Source of the DNA: an uncultured Ruminococcus sp.
GTDB taxonomy: Bacteria > Bacillota > Clostridia > Oscillospirales > Acutalibacteraceae
Assembly: GCA_902765855.1 (NCBI GenBank)
Contig: CACXBF010000002.1
Location: forward strand, 216,225 to 280,224
DNA length: 64,000 bases
Reading direction: 5' to 3'
The notes under the pieces are model-generated. The model searched no databases. It worked only from the letters and a program-made list of their open reading frames with translations, and was not told where the DNA came from. Positions 37,359 to 45,574 of this stretch are shown here, piece by piece. Position 1 is the stretch's first letter. Each line of letters begins with the position of its first letter. The translations under genes and the position numbers were made by a program.

Positions 37359-38195
37359 ATGAAAAGAATAGTTACAATTCAGGATATTTCTTGTATCGGT
37401 AAGTGTTCTCTTACAGTTGCACTTCCGATTATTTCTGCTATGGGAGTAGAGGCTGCAATAATTCCAACTGCCGTACTTTCAACACACACAATGTTTTCAG
37501 ATTTTACATTCAAAGATTTAACAGACCAGATTCAGCCTATTTCTGATCACTGGAAGAAAGAAAATTTCAAATTTGATGCAATCTATACAGGTTATCTTGG
37601 TTCAGCAGAACAGACGGAACTTGTATGCGATTTCTTTGATAGATATAAGACAGATGACAATATTATCTTTGTTGACCCTGCAATGGCAGATAACGGCAAG
37701 CTATATCCTGCTTTTGATAATAATTTTGCAAAGCTTATGGCTAATGTTTGTGCAAAGGCTGATATTATAGTTCCTAATCTTACAGAAGCTTGTCTTATGA
37801 CTGATACGGAATATAAGACAGAGTATGACGAGCAGTATATTCTTGATATACTTCATAAGCTTACAGCAATGGGTGCTAAGAAAGCTGCAATTACTGGCGC
37901 AAACTATAATGGTAAATATGGAATTGTAGGATATGATAGCGAAAACGATACCACTTTTTCATATTTCCACGAGAAGCTTCCTACAAGTTATCATGGAACG
38001 GGCGATGTATTCTCATCTGTATGCGTAGGTGCTTTGAATAATGGCTTATCACTCGATAAGGCAATTAAGATTGCCGCAGATTATACAGTTGAGTGTATCC
38101 GCATTACAGCGGCAGAAAAAGGTGCCAATGCTTATGGCGTAAACTTTGAACTTGCAATTCCATATTTACTCAATCTCCTTAAAAACGAGAAATAA
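37359..38195 (+). CDS. pdxK: Pyridoxal/pyridoxamine kinase
   Basis: IQDISCIGKCSLTVALPIISAMGVE start and C-terminal GTGDVFSS anion-hole motif of ribokinase-fold PdxK/PdxY enzymes. Confidence 0.8.
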   Translation: MKRIVTIQDISCIGKCSLTVALPIISAMGVEAAIIPTAVLSTHTMFSDFTFKDLTDQIQPISDHWKKENFKFDAIYTGYLGSAEQTELVCDFFDRYKTDDNIIFVDPAMADNGKLYPAFDNNFAKLMANVCAKADIIVPNLTEACLMTDTEYKTEYDEQYILDILHKLTAMGAKKAAITGANYNGKYGIVGYDSENDTTFSYFHEKLPTSYHGTGDVFSSVCVGALNNGLSLDKAIKIAADYTVECIRITAAEKGANAYGVNFELAIPYLLNLLKNEK

Positions 38196-38336
38196 TTTTT
38201 GTATATTGCTTTTAAACTTTCGGGCAATATAATTAAAAAAATTCTATGTTATTCTTGATTTTTCTGATTAGAAATGTTATATTAGTGTTATAAGTACAGA
38301 CTAAAAACACATATAATAAGCTCGGAGGCAAATATT

Positions 38337-38792
38337 ATGAAATGCCCTTTTTGTACCTATGCTGAAAGTAAGGTTATTGATTCTCGTCCGACAGATGAAG
38401 GCGAGCGTATACGCAGAAGAAGAGAATGTTTAAAATGCGGCAAAAGATTTACAACCTATGAAGTTGTAGAAACTTTGCCAATAGTTGTTGTTAAGAGCGA
38501 TAATTCTCGTCAGCCGTTTGACGGCGAAAAGCTTTTGAATGGCTTATTAAGAGCTTGTGCGAATAGACCTGTTTCTTTAGAAACACTTCAAGGTGTTGTA
38601 GACGATATTGAAGCTAAACTTCAAAGTAGCCTTGACCGTGAAGTAAGCTCAAAGTATATCGGAGAGCTTGCAATGGAAAAGCTAAAGAACATAGATGAGG
38701 TTTCATATGTTCGTTTTGCTTCCGTATATAGACAATTCAAAGATATAAATTCCTTTATGGAGGAGCTTTCAAAGCTCTTAAAAGAAAAGTAA
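38337..38792 (+). CDS. nrdR: Transcriptional repressor NrdR
   Basis: MKCPFC...[10 protein letters not shown] zinc ribbon followed by an ATP-cone. Length 151 aa. Confidence 0.95.
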   Translation: MKCPFCTYAESKVIDSRPTDEGERIRRRRECLKCGKRFTTYEVVETLPIVVVKSDNSRQPFDGEKLLNGLLRACANRPVSLETLQGVVDDIEAKLQSSLDREVSSKYIGELAMEKLKNIDEVSYVRFASVYRQFKDINSFMEELSKLLKEK

Positions 38793-38800
38793 TTTAATAA

Positions 38801-38845
38801 AAAGGTATGGCACTTGTTTTTCATAAAGTGTCATACCCTTTTTAA
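38801..38845 (+). terminator. Intrinsic terminator of nrdR
   Basis: Imperfect stem AGGTATGGCACT / AGTGTCATACCCTT followed by TTTTT. Confidence 0.6.
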
Positions 38846-38848
38846 TGT

Positions 38849-38886
38849 AAAAGAGCAAATTTGGAAATTAACCAAGTTTGCTCTTT
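38849..38886 (-). terminator. Intrinsic terminator of trxB
   Basis: Stem AAAGAGCAAAyTTGG pairs with its complement around a 6-nt loop, T-rich on the minus strand. Confidence 0.6.
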
Positions 38887-38894
38887 AATTTTAA

Positions 38895-39818
38895 TTATAA
38901 TTGATTTATATAATTTTCTGCAGAAACAGCTGCATTAGCACCGTCTGAAACAGCAGTTACAACCTGTCTTAAAGCCTTAGTTCTGACATCGCCTGCAACA
39001 AATATTCCGGGAACAGAGGTTTTACCTGTTTCGTCCGCAATAACATAGCCTCTTTCATCAAGTTCAACTATATCTTTAAGAATCTCAGAATTAGGATTAG
39101 AACCAATCGCAATAAAAGCACCTTCAGCGTCAAGCTCGGCTGTTTTGCCGGTCTTTGTATTTTTCAATGAGATAGAAGAAAGGTGTTTGTCGCCATTAAA
39201 CGAAGTCGGAATAGCATTGTAAATAATATCAATATTAACAGTATCGTTAGCCTTATTTTGCAATGATTTTGCCGCACGAAGTTTTTCTCCACGATATATT
39301 ACGAATACTTGCTTACATATTTTCGAGAGCAAGAGAGCGTCGCCGAGTGCGGTATCGCCACCACCAATAACAACAGCTACTTTATCTTTGAAAAATGCAC
39401 CGTCACAAACTGCACAATAAGAAACTCCTGCACCTCTGAGTGCGAATTCTCCATCAATACCAAGCTTCCTATGAGAAGCACCCGCTGCATAGATAATAGC
39501 CTTTACAGAAAGCAGATTATCACTTTTGAATTTTACAACAAAACTACCATTTGTACTTTTTTCAATTTTAATAACTTCGTCCTCAATAAATTCAGTGCCA
39601 TATGCCTGTGCGTGAGCCTTGAATTTCTCGCCAAGTTCGTATCCTTCGATATTTGGAAGACCAGGGTAGTTATCAATACAATCGCTTTCTACAATTTGAC
39701 CTGTGGACATATAATCCCTTTCGCAAACCACTGTTGAAAGCATAGCCCTGCCCGTATAAATAGCCGCAGCAAGTCCTGCCGGACCACTTCCGATAATTAA
39801 AACATCAACTGAACGCAT
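38895..39818 (-). CDS. trxB: Thioredoxin-disulfide reductase
   Basis: FAD motif IIGSGPAGLAAA, redox-active CAVCDG, NADPH motif VIGGGDTA. Confidence 0.95.
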   Translation of the reverse strand: MRSVDVLIIGSGPAGLAAAIYTGRAMLSTVVCERDYMSTGQIVESDCIDNYPGLPNIEGYELGEKFKAHAQAYGTEFIEDEVIKIEKSTNGSFVVKFKSDNLLSVKAIIYAAGASHRKLGIDGEFALRGAGVSYCAVCDGAFFKDKVAVVIGGGDTALGDALLLSKICKQVFVIYRGEKLRAAKSLQNKANDTVNIDIIYNAIPTSFNGDKHLSSISLKNTKTGKTAELDAEGAFIAIGSNPNSEILKDIVELDERGYVIADETGKTSVPGIFVAGDVRTKALRQVVTAVSDGANAAVSAENYINQL

Positions 39819-39844
39819 AGAAAAAGCACCTCACTAAAAATAAT

Positions 39845-40306
39845 TTATAATTTTATGATATTAGTCATAATACCAGATGGGGTAATGTCAACTATACCAT
39901 AAGTTCCTGTATATCCGATTGAACCAGGATTCATAATATACATTCCGTCATCATATGCTGTATAAGGAACATGTGTATGGCCAAAAAGAAGAATATCTGT
40001 ATCAAGCGAATGAGCCTGACTGATTATCTGTGAATAACCGGATTTAACTCCGAAAAGATGTCCATGGGTTATAAAGATATGCTTATTTTCAAGTGTAATC
40101 TCCTCAGAATAACGCTTTTCAGAACACCAGTCACAATTACCTCTTACAGAAATAATCATCTTGTCAGGAATAGTTACGGCAAGGGTATCCATATCCTCAT
40201 TTCCATCTCCACAAAACACAACAACTTCCGCAGAAGGCTGACTTAATACAGCTTTCTGAAGTGAATAAAAATCTTTGTGTGAATCTGATACAACTACTAT
40301 TCTCAT
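39845..40306 (-). CDS. YfcE/MJ0936-family metallophosphoesterase
   Basis: MRIVVVSDSH, GDGNED, GNCD, THGH and GHTH motifs. Start at 40306 follows GGAGG. Confidence 0.85.
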   Translation of the reverse strand: MRIVVVSDSHKDFYSLQKAVLSQPSAEVVVFCGDGNEDMDTLAVTIPDKMIISVRGNCDWCSEKRYSEEITLENKHIFITHGHLFGVKSGYSQIISQAHSLDTDILLFGHTHVPYTAYDDGMYIMNPGSIGYTGTYGIVDITPSGIMTNIIKL

Positions 40307-40369
40307 ATTGACCTCCATTAACATATAATGTTATCAGCACGAATAAAATATATACAGGTGGTGATTTTT

Positions 40370-40525
40370 ATGGATAAAAAAGAAATCGAAAAGCTCATAA
40401 ATTCTTTAGACCAAGAGCAAAAAAGCAAGCTTATGAATGCACTCGCAAATAAATCTGAAGCCGAACGCATATTAAAAACACCTGAGGCACAAGCCATTAT
40501 GAAAAAGCTTAAAGGGGAGAAATAA
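40370..40525 (+). CDS. Small helical Lys/Glu-rich protein (51 aa), unknown
   Basis: ATG 40370 preceded by AGGTGG. First gene of a tightly packed three-gene set. Confidence 0.5.
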   Translation: MDKKEIEKLINSLDQEQKSKLMNALANKSEAERILKTPEAQAIMKKLKGEK

Positions 40526-40528
40526 CCT

Positions 40529-40900
40529 ATGGACGATATGTCTCAAAAGCTTATGTCATTGATGAATGACCCCGAAATTATGAGCAAAATACAGGGATTA
40601 AGTGGGCTTTTGAGTCAAGGCGAACCACAACAGGAGCAGCCTAAACCAAAGCCTCCCGAACCCCCTCCTAAACCGAGCGAATCAATGCTTCCTATGGATA
40701 TGATGGGCACAATGATGAAAATTATGCCTATATTAAATACATTAAAAGAAGATGATGAAACAACCCGGCTACTTAAAGCGTTAAGACCGTTTTTAAATGA
40801 AGAACGGCGTAAAAAGCTCGATGAGGGAATTCGTCTTATGAGAATAATGCGTTTACTGCCACTTCTTAAAGGAACAGATATGTTTGAAATGTTCAGATAA
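40529..40900 (+). CDS. Small protein with central Pro-rich linker (PKPKPPEPPPKP), unknown
   Basis: Starts 3 nt after the previous stop, with a GGGGAGA RBS. C-terminal LLKALRPFLNEERRKKLDEGIRLMRIMRLL helix. Confidence 0.6.
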   Translation: MDDMSQKLMSLMNDPEIMSKIQGLSGLLSQGEPQQEQPKPKPPEPPPKPSESMLPMDMMGTMMKIMPILNTLKEDDETTRLLKALRPFLNEERRKKLDEGIRLMRIMRLLPLLKGTDMFEMFR

Positions 40901-40912
40901 AGGAGGCTTGTT

Positions 40913-41245
40913 ATGAATTCTTCAGATGACGATATAGGCAGAATGCAACAGGAGGCTGTAAGGCGTGTTCGGGATATGCAGCAAAGAGCAAAGAATATAT
41001 CCGCCTCAAGAACAGGCAGACAACAAATGCCAAAGCAACAGGAAAAACTTCCTGAAATTCCCGAAACCGAACCGCCGGAACCTCCCAAACCACCTGAAAT
41101 ATCAGAGAGTAAAAAATCAAATGATATTTTAGAGGGATTTTTCAAGGATAAGGAAAAAAGTCTTATCCTTTTGCTTTTGGTACTTTTAAGCGGCGAAGAT
41201 GATAACAATGGCATTATGCTTGCACTTCTTTATTTGCTTATCTGA
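40913..41245 (+). CDS. Small protein with Pro-rich linker and hydrophobic C-terminal tail, unknown
   Basis: AGGAGG RBS upstream. PETEPPEPPKPPE linker similar to the preceding gene. C-terminal LILLLLVLLSGEDDNNGIMLALLYLLI membrane-like segment. Confidence 0.6.
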   Translation: MNSSDDDIGRMQQEAVRRVRDMQQRAKNISASRTGRQQMPKQQEKLPEIPETEPPEPPKPPEISESKKSNDILEGFFKDKEKSLILLLLVLLSGEDDNNGIMLALLYLLI

Positions 41246-42482
41246 TTTGACCGTCGCCCTCAATGATAAATTTCATCGAGGTAAGTTCGTTAAGTCCCAT
41301 AGGACCTCTTGCGTGAATTTTTTGTGTAGAAATTCCTATTTCTGCACCAAGACCGAACATTCCGCCGTCAGTAAATCTTGTTGAAGCATTAACATATACA
41401 GCGGCAGCATCAACTTCGCTCTTGAAGCGGTTAGCATTTTTATAGTTTTCAGTTACAATACACTCGCTATGACCGCTTGAATACTTTGTAATATGAGCGA
41501 TAGCCTCATCAATGCTGTCAACGACCTTAACTGCGAGAATATAATCGAGATATTCTGTTGCCCAGTCAGCCTCAACCGCAGGAATAACACTGTCACCAAG
41601 AATTTCTCTTGTACGCTCACAGCCACGAAGCTCAACATTTTTTTCATCAAGCCTTGCCTTAATTACAGGCAGGGCTTTTTCTGCGATATTACTATGCACA
41701 AGAATAGTTTCAATCGCATTGCAAACAGATGGGCGAGAAGTTTTTGCATTATATATAATGTTTGCAGCCATATCAATATCGGCGCTTTCATCAACGAATA
41801 CATGGCAGTTGCCGACACCAGTTTCAATGACAGGAACTTTTGCGTTTTCAACAACAGCTTTGATAAGACCTGCACCACCACGAGGAATAAGCAAATCAAG
41901 ATAATCAACAAGTCCCATAAGTTCAACAGAGGATTGGCGAGTTGTGTCCTCAATAAGTTGGATACAATTCTTATCGAGAGCAGATTTTTCAAGAGCAGAA
42001 CGCATAATATCTGCAATGCACTTGTTTGAATTTATAGCTTCCTTACCTCCGCGAAGAATTACTGCATTTCCGCTTTTAAGACAGAGAGAAGCAGCATCAG
42101 AAGTAACATTTGGACGAGCCTCAAATATAATTCCTATAACACCAATCGGAACACGAACCTTAGTTATATTAAGCCCATTAGGACGCTTGCTTCCGCTAAG
42201 AACTGCACCGACAGGGTCTGGCAAAGCCGCAACGTCAAGTACGCCTTGAGCCATACCTTCAATACGAGCCTTACTAAGACTAAGTCTGTCTATAATAGAT
42301 TCTGTAAGACCATTTGCACGACCGTTATCAACATCAATCTTATTTGCTGCAAGAATAGCGTCTGTATTATCTATAAGAGCCTTAGCAATAAGCTTTAATG
42401 CATCATTCTTTTCTTCGCCCATTACAGCAAGTGTACGAGCAGCCTCTTTGGCTTTTTTACCCATTTCCTCAAGAATAGTCAT
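41238..42482 (-). CDS. proA: Glutamate-5-semialdehyde dehydrogenase
   Basis: Full-length match to the ProA pattern (VIGIIFEARPNVT, catalytic-Cys region SRPSVCNAIETILVH). Start set at MTILEEMGKKAK (42482), 9 nt after GAGGTG. Confidence 0.95.
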   Translation of the reverse strand: MTILEEMGKKAKEAARTLAVMGEEKNDALKLIAKALIDNTDAILAANKIDVDNGRANGLTESIIDRLSLSKARIEGMAQGVLDVAALPDPVGAVLSGSKRPNGLNITKVRVPIGVIGIIFEARPNVTSDAASLCLKSGNAVILRGGKEAINSNKCIADIMRSALEKSALDKNCIQLIEDTTRQSSVELMGLVDYLDLLIPRGGAGLIKAVVENAKVPVIETGVGNCHVFVDESADIDMAANIIYNAKTSRPSVCNAIETILVHSNIAEKALPVIKARLDEKNVELRGCERTREILGDSVIPAVEADWATEYLDYILAVKVVDSIDEAIAHITKYSSGHSECIVTENYKNANRFKSEVDAAAVYVNASTRFTDGGMFGLGAEIGISTQKIHARGPMGLNELTSMKFIIEGDGQIR

Positions 42483-42483
42483 T

Positions 42484-43113
42484 TTATTGCACCTCATCTT
42501 TTATCATAATTAAATCTTTAGCATAGGGGAGAGTCTTTATAAAATCGCAGAAAGTATGCCATTCATCAAGCTTGTGGCCCTTTCTCGCATAATATATATT
42601 TATAAGAGTTTCATAGTTTAGTGAGCAGGTTCTCATCTGGTTGTAGCTTGACGGCAAAAGTTGTATTATATCGTACCAATATTTTTTGTCCTTAGTTTCA
42701 ACATATTTCAATCGAAGTTCTTCAAGCTTTGCAATAATGGTATCGAAGAAAGCAAGGGAATCTTCATCTAATTTATCAAGGCTGAAATCATCACGAGAAA
42801 ATTCCTTGCTGTGAATCTTATGCATAGTGCTTGTAGAATTTGCAACAGTAGCGACCTTATAAGTGTCATATTCCTTCCACCAGTACATAGGTGCAGTAAC
42901 ATCAACTGAAACGAATACCTGTCTTAGATATTTTCTATGGTCACTACCCGCTCTCGCAAGCCTCTTTGCAAGTCCGAGGTCATTTTCGCCAAGAATATAC
43001 TGTCCGTTTTCATCATAGTAGCTATCACTTTTTGCCCAACTGTTAAGCGGATTTCTTGCACCTCTCATAGCGTTTTCGAGATTCATTACAGAGATTCGTT
43101 CTACCTTTAGCAA
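42484..43113 (-). CDS. Divergent ThyX-fold protein lacking the RHR..S.R signature
   Basis: From-memory alignment to flavin-dependent thymidylate synthase ThyX. AMRGARN aligns with [31 protein letters not shown] with [37 protein letters not shown] with LRADSHAQWE. TTG start is preceded by GGAGTG. Confidence 0.55.
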   Translation of the reverse strand: [209 protein letters not shown]

Positions 43114-43136
43114 TGTGTTTCACTCCAATTTCAAAA

Positions 43137-43931
43137 TTACTTGCTTGCAAGAAACATAGTTCCTACACTTTCGCCCTGAATAAGATTTAAAAGTCTTTCA
43201 GGGGCATTTCCGTTCATAACACAGCAGTTTATTCCGGCTTCATTTGCAACTGCCGCCGCAGAAACTTTTGTAATCATACCGCCAGTACCTCTATTTGAGC
43301 CTGAACCGCTTGCCATTTTACGAATATCGTCATCAATAAGCTTAACAACTTCAAAGCGTTTTGCGTCTTTGTTTTTTCTTGGGTCGCAGTCATAAAGCCC
43401 ATCAATATCAGACATAATAACAAGCAAATCTGCGTCAAGTAAATCGGCAACAATTGCAGAGAGATTATCATTATCGCCGAAGTTATTTCCGACAAGCTCA
43501 TCAATAGCAACAGTATCGTTTTCATTTACTATCGGAATAATTCCCATCTCAAGAAGAGTGCTGAAAGTATTATAAGCATTTTGTCGGAGATGTTCGTTAA
43601 AGAGAACATTCTTTGTCAAAAGAACCTGAGCAACAGTATGATTATATTCTCCGAAAACCTTATCATACATAAACATAAGTTCGCATTGACCGACAGCGGC
43701 AACAGCCTGTTTATAGCGAGTTTCCTTTGGTCTTTCGGGCAGATTAAGCTTACCAAAGCCAACACCGATAGCACCCGAGCTTACAAGTATAACTTGCTTG
43801 CCCATATTTTGAAGGTCACTCAGAACCTTACAAAGATTTTCGAAATTTTTAAGATTAAGTTTTCCGTTTTCGTATGTTAAAGTTGAAGTACCGACCTTAA
43901 CAACGATTCTTCTTGATAATAATTCGTTCAA
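43137..43931 (-). CDS. proB: Glutamate 5-kinase (short form without PUA domain)
   Basis: RIVVKVGTSTLT start, ILVSSGAIGVG, and the amino-acid kinase fold over 264 aa. Confidence 0.95.
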   Translation of the reverse strand: MNELLSRRIVVKVGTSTLTYENGKLNLKNFENLCKVLSDLQNMGKQVILVSSGAIGVGFGKLNLPERPKETRYKQAVAAVGQCELMFMYDKVFGEYNHTVAQVLLTKNVLFNEHLRQNAYNTFSTLLEMGIIPIVNENDTVAIDELVGNNFGDNDNLSAIVADLLDADLLVIMSDIDGLYDCDPRKNKDAKRFEVVKLIDDDIRKMASGSGSNRGTGGMITKVSAAAVANEAGINCCVMNGNAPERLLNLIQGESVGTMFLASK

Positions 43932-43984
43932 TTCATTCAGTCCTATTTTACAAATTTTAGCATTATTACTCTAAGTGCCTTATA

Positions 43985-44013
43985 ATTATACCAAAAATAC
44001 CAAGGCTTTACAA
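43985..44013 (-). promoter_or_regulatory. Promoter of the proB operon
   Basis: Minus strand reads TTGTAA, 17-nt spacer, TATAAT with TGG upstream (extended -10 like). Confidence 0.55.
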
Positions 44014-44043
44014 GTAGAAAATAACTCTAAAATGCTTTCAGAA

Positions 44044-44088
44044 TAAAAAAGCCGTTTTTTAAACTGTAATTTTACAGCAAAAAACGGC
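44044..44088 (-). terminator. Intrinsic terminator downstream of the cupin gene
   Basis: Stem GCCGTTTTTT / AAAAAACGGC with an inner CTGTAA / TTACAG extension, followed by a U-run on the minus strand. Confidence 0.75.
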
Positions 44089-44107
44089 GTGCGTAACCAT
44101 TCTAAAT

Positions 44108-44220
44108 CAACTTATGTTGACACGACAATTAAAAGTTTCGCTCGAGCCTTTGAAAAGGCTCATAGGACAAGGGCAAAGCCCTTGTCGATCTTCAAGAGAG
44201 CGACATTCTGTATGCTTCTC
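44108..44220. repeat. Dispersed intergenic repeat, copy B (partner at 4527..4639)
   Basis: See copy A. Contains internal hairpins GAGCCTT-TGAA-AAGGCTC and GACAAGGGC-AAA-GCCCTTGTC. Lies between the cupin stop and its terminator. Confidence 0.55.
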
Positions 44221-44239
44221 TAACCTCCTGCAGCAAATA

Positions 44240-44578
44240 TTAGCAAAGATTTATTTGCAAAAGCTTAAAATCAGAATTTCCGCAGAAAGAATGAAGTTTC
44301 TCCGCAGGAATAGCCATACATTCGCCACTTTTGAGTTGGTATGAGTTATTATCAAGCTTTATGCTCATATTTCCCTCAACAACTAAATAAAGTGTATCGC
44401 TCGGATAAGCTTCCTCACTCACACCCTCACCAGCTGAAAAAGCAAAAAGTATCATTTGAGTATCTTCTTTTTTAGAAAGAGCCATACTTACAACTTGATT
44501 TTTTCTTACATCTATAAGTTTTGAAAGCGGAGTAGGGATTTCGGGTAAATTTTTAAAATATTTCATAAGTACCTCCAA
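44240..44578 (-). CDS. Cupin-domain protein
   Basis: 112-aa single-domain beta-barrel-like sequence (LYLVVEGNMSIKLDNNSYQLKSGE). Confidence 0.65.
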   Translation of the reverse strand: MEVLMKYFKNLPEIPTPLSKLIDVRKNQVVSMALSKKEDTQMILFAFSAGEGVSEEAYPSDTLYLVVEGNMSIKLDNNSYQLKSGECMAIPAEKLHSFCGNSDFKLLQINLC

Positions 44579-44639
44579 TATAACTATTATTTGAATTTAT
44601 TATATCATAAATTCATCAGAAAAAGTTGTTATGCCTAAT

Positions 44640-44673
44640 AAAAATAGGCAGTCGATTAATACTTCACGACTGC
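44640..44673 (-). terminator. Intrinsic terminator of the LRR lipoprotein gene
   Basis: Stem GCAGTCG / CGACTGC followed by CTATTTTTA on the minus strand. Confidence 0.5.
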
Positions 44674-44741
44674 TCCCACTGAATTATTCTGTTTTAACTA
44701 TCTAAATTATTGATATAGAGTCTCTTTTTTCTTAGAGAGCA

Positions 44742-45299
44742 TCAATGCAGACTTTTCCATTTTGTGCAGCCGGCAAATGCGTTATCAGCTAAATCAGTGA
44801 CATTATCCAAGAATGTAACCTCAGCTAAGTTTACGCAGTTCATAAACGTATACTCGCCAATTTTCTTGCAATTCTCGCCGCCGGATAGCTTTACTAATCC
44901 TTTTGCACCCGTAAAAGCATAATCACCAATATAAGTAACCGTATCAGGAATTACAACTTCACAGTTTCCAAAGACAGCTCCAAAAACATAATAATCTCTC
45001 TTATCATCACCGATTCCAACAACTTTTTTACCATCTATTTCACTCGGTACGATGATTTTGTTATATTCAACATAATCATGGTTGTTAAAGTAAGTTATAA
45101 TAACTCCGTCATCAACTTCTGAATAATCGAAATCTTCAGTTGAATCATATATCAACTCTTTTTTGTTTGAGGAATCGTTACTTGCCGAAGCTGATGATTT
45201 TGCTGTTGACTCCTTTGAAGAAGTATTTGTATCGTTGCCACATACACAAATTGACATTGTCATTATTACGGTCAAAAGACTAATCATTATTTTTTTCAT
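44742..45299 (-). CDS. Lipoprotein with BspA-type leucine-rich repeats
   Basis: Signal peptide with a Cys (MSICVC), Ser-rich linker, then repeats of the type VTYIGDYAFTGAKGL / IGEYTFMNCVNL / LADNAFAGC. Confidence 0.75.
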   Translation of the reverse strand: MKKIMISLLTVIMTMSICVCGNDTNTSSKESTAKSSASASNDSSNKKELIYDSTEDFDYSEVDDGVIITYFNNHDYVEYNKIIVPSEIDGKKVVGIGDDKRDYYVFGAVFGNCEVVIPDTVTYIGDYAFTGAKGLVKLSGGENCKKIGEYTFMNCVNLAEVTFLDNVTDLADNAFAGCTKWKSLH

Positions 45300-45534
45300 A
45301 ATTATTAAAATCTTCTTTAATATGTTGTTTGTTTAAATAATCGTGTTTCAATTATTCATATTTTGAAATCATTGTACCCTTATATGATTATGTGTTATAT
45401 TATACTTTTTATTTAATTATTTGTCAACAAAAATTATATAAGGCAAATAATTTATATAATTCTATTTATAATCTCACTATAATAAAACAATTTGACAAAC
45501 CGAAACAAGTCTGCTCCTGAGCCATATTAAGTAC

Positions 45535-45570
45535 AAGAAAGCTTGTCTGTTTATTCAGACAAGCTTTCTT
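45535..45570 (-). terminator. Strong hairpin immediately downstream of trkH (no clear U-tract)
   Basis: Perfect 15-bp stem AAGAAAGCTTGTCTG / CAGACAAGCTTTCTT with a 6-nt loop, 5 nt after the trkH stop. Confidence 0.55.
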
Positions 45571-45574
45571 AATA

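Noticed and set aside
38196-38336. NrdR boxes upstream of nrdR and, at 20549..20616, upstream of nrdG.
   Set aside because: Only half-site-like fragments (for example ACACATATAAT) are present, and the second palindrome arm is missing. This is too weak to call without a position weight matrix.
40615-41214. 199-aa minus-strand ORF rich in Ser/Gly, spanning two small plus-strand genes.
   Set aside because: It is the antisense reading of Pro-rich (CCN) and Glu/Lys-rich codons. It crosses an intergenic gap containing a plus-strand RBS and has no start context of its own.
43932-44240. Possible T-box or attenuator leader for proBA. B. subtilis proBA is T-box regulated.
   Set aside because: A good promoter lies only ~50 nt upstream of proB. 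The big hairpin sits upstream of that promoter and reads as the cupin gene terminator. I saw no T-box consensus or specifier-loop architecture.
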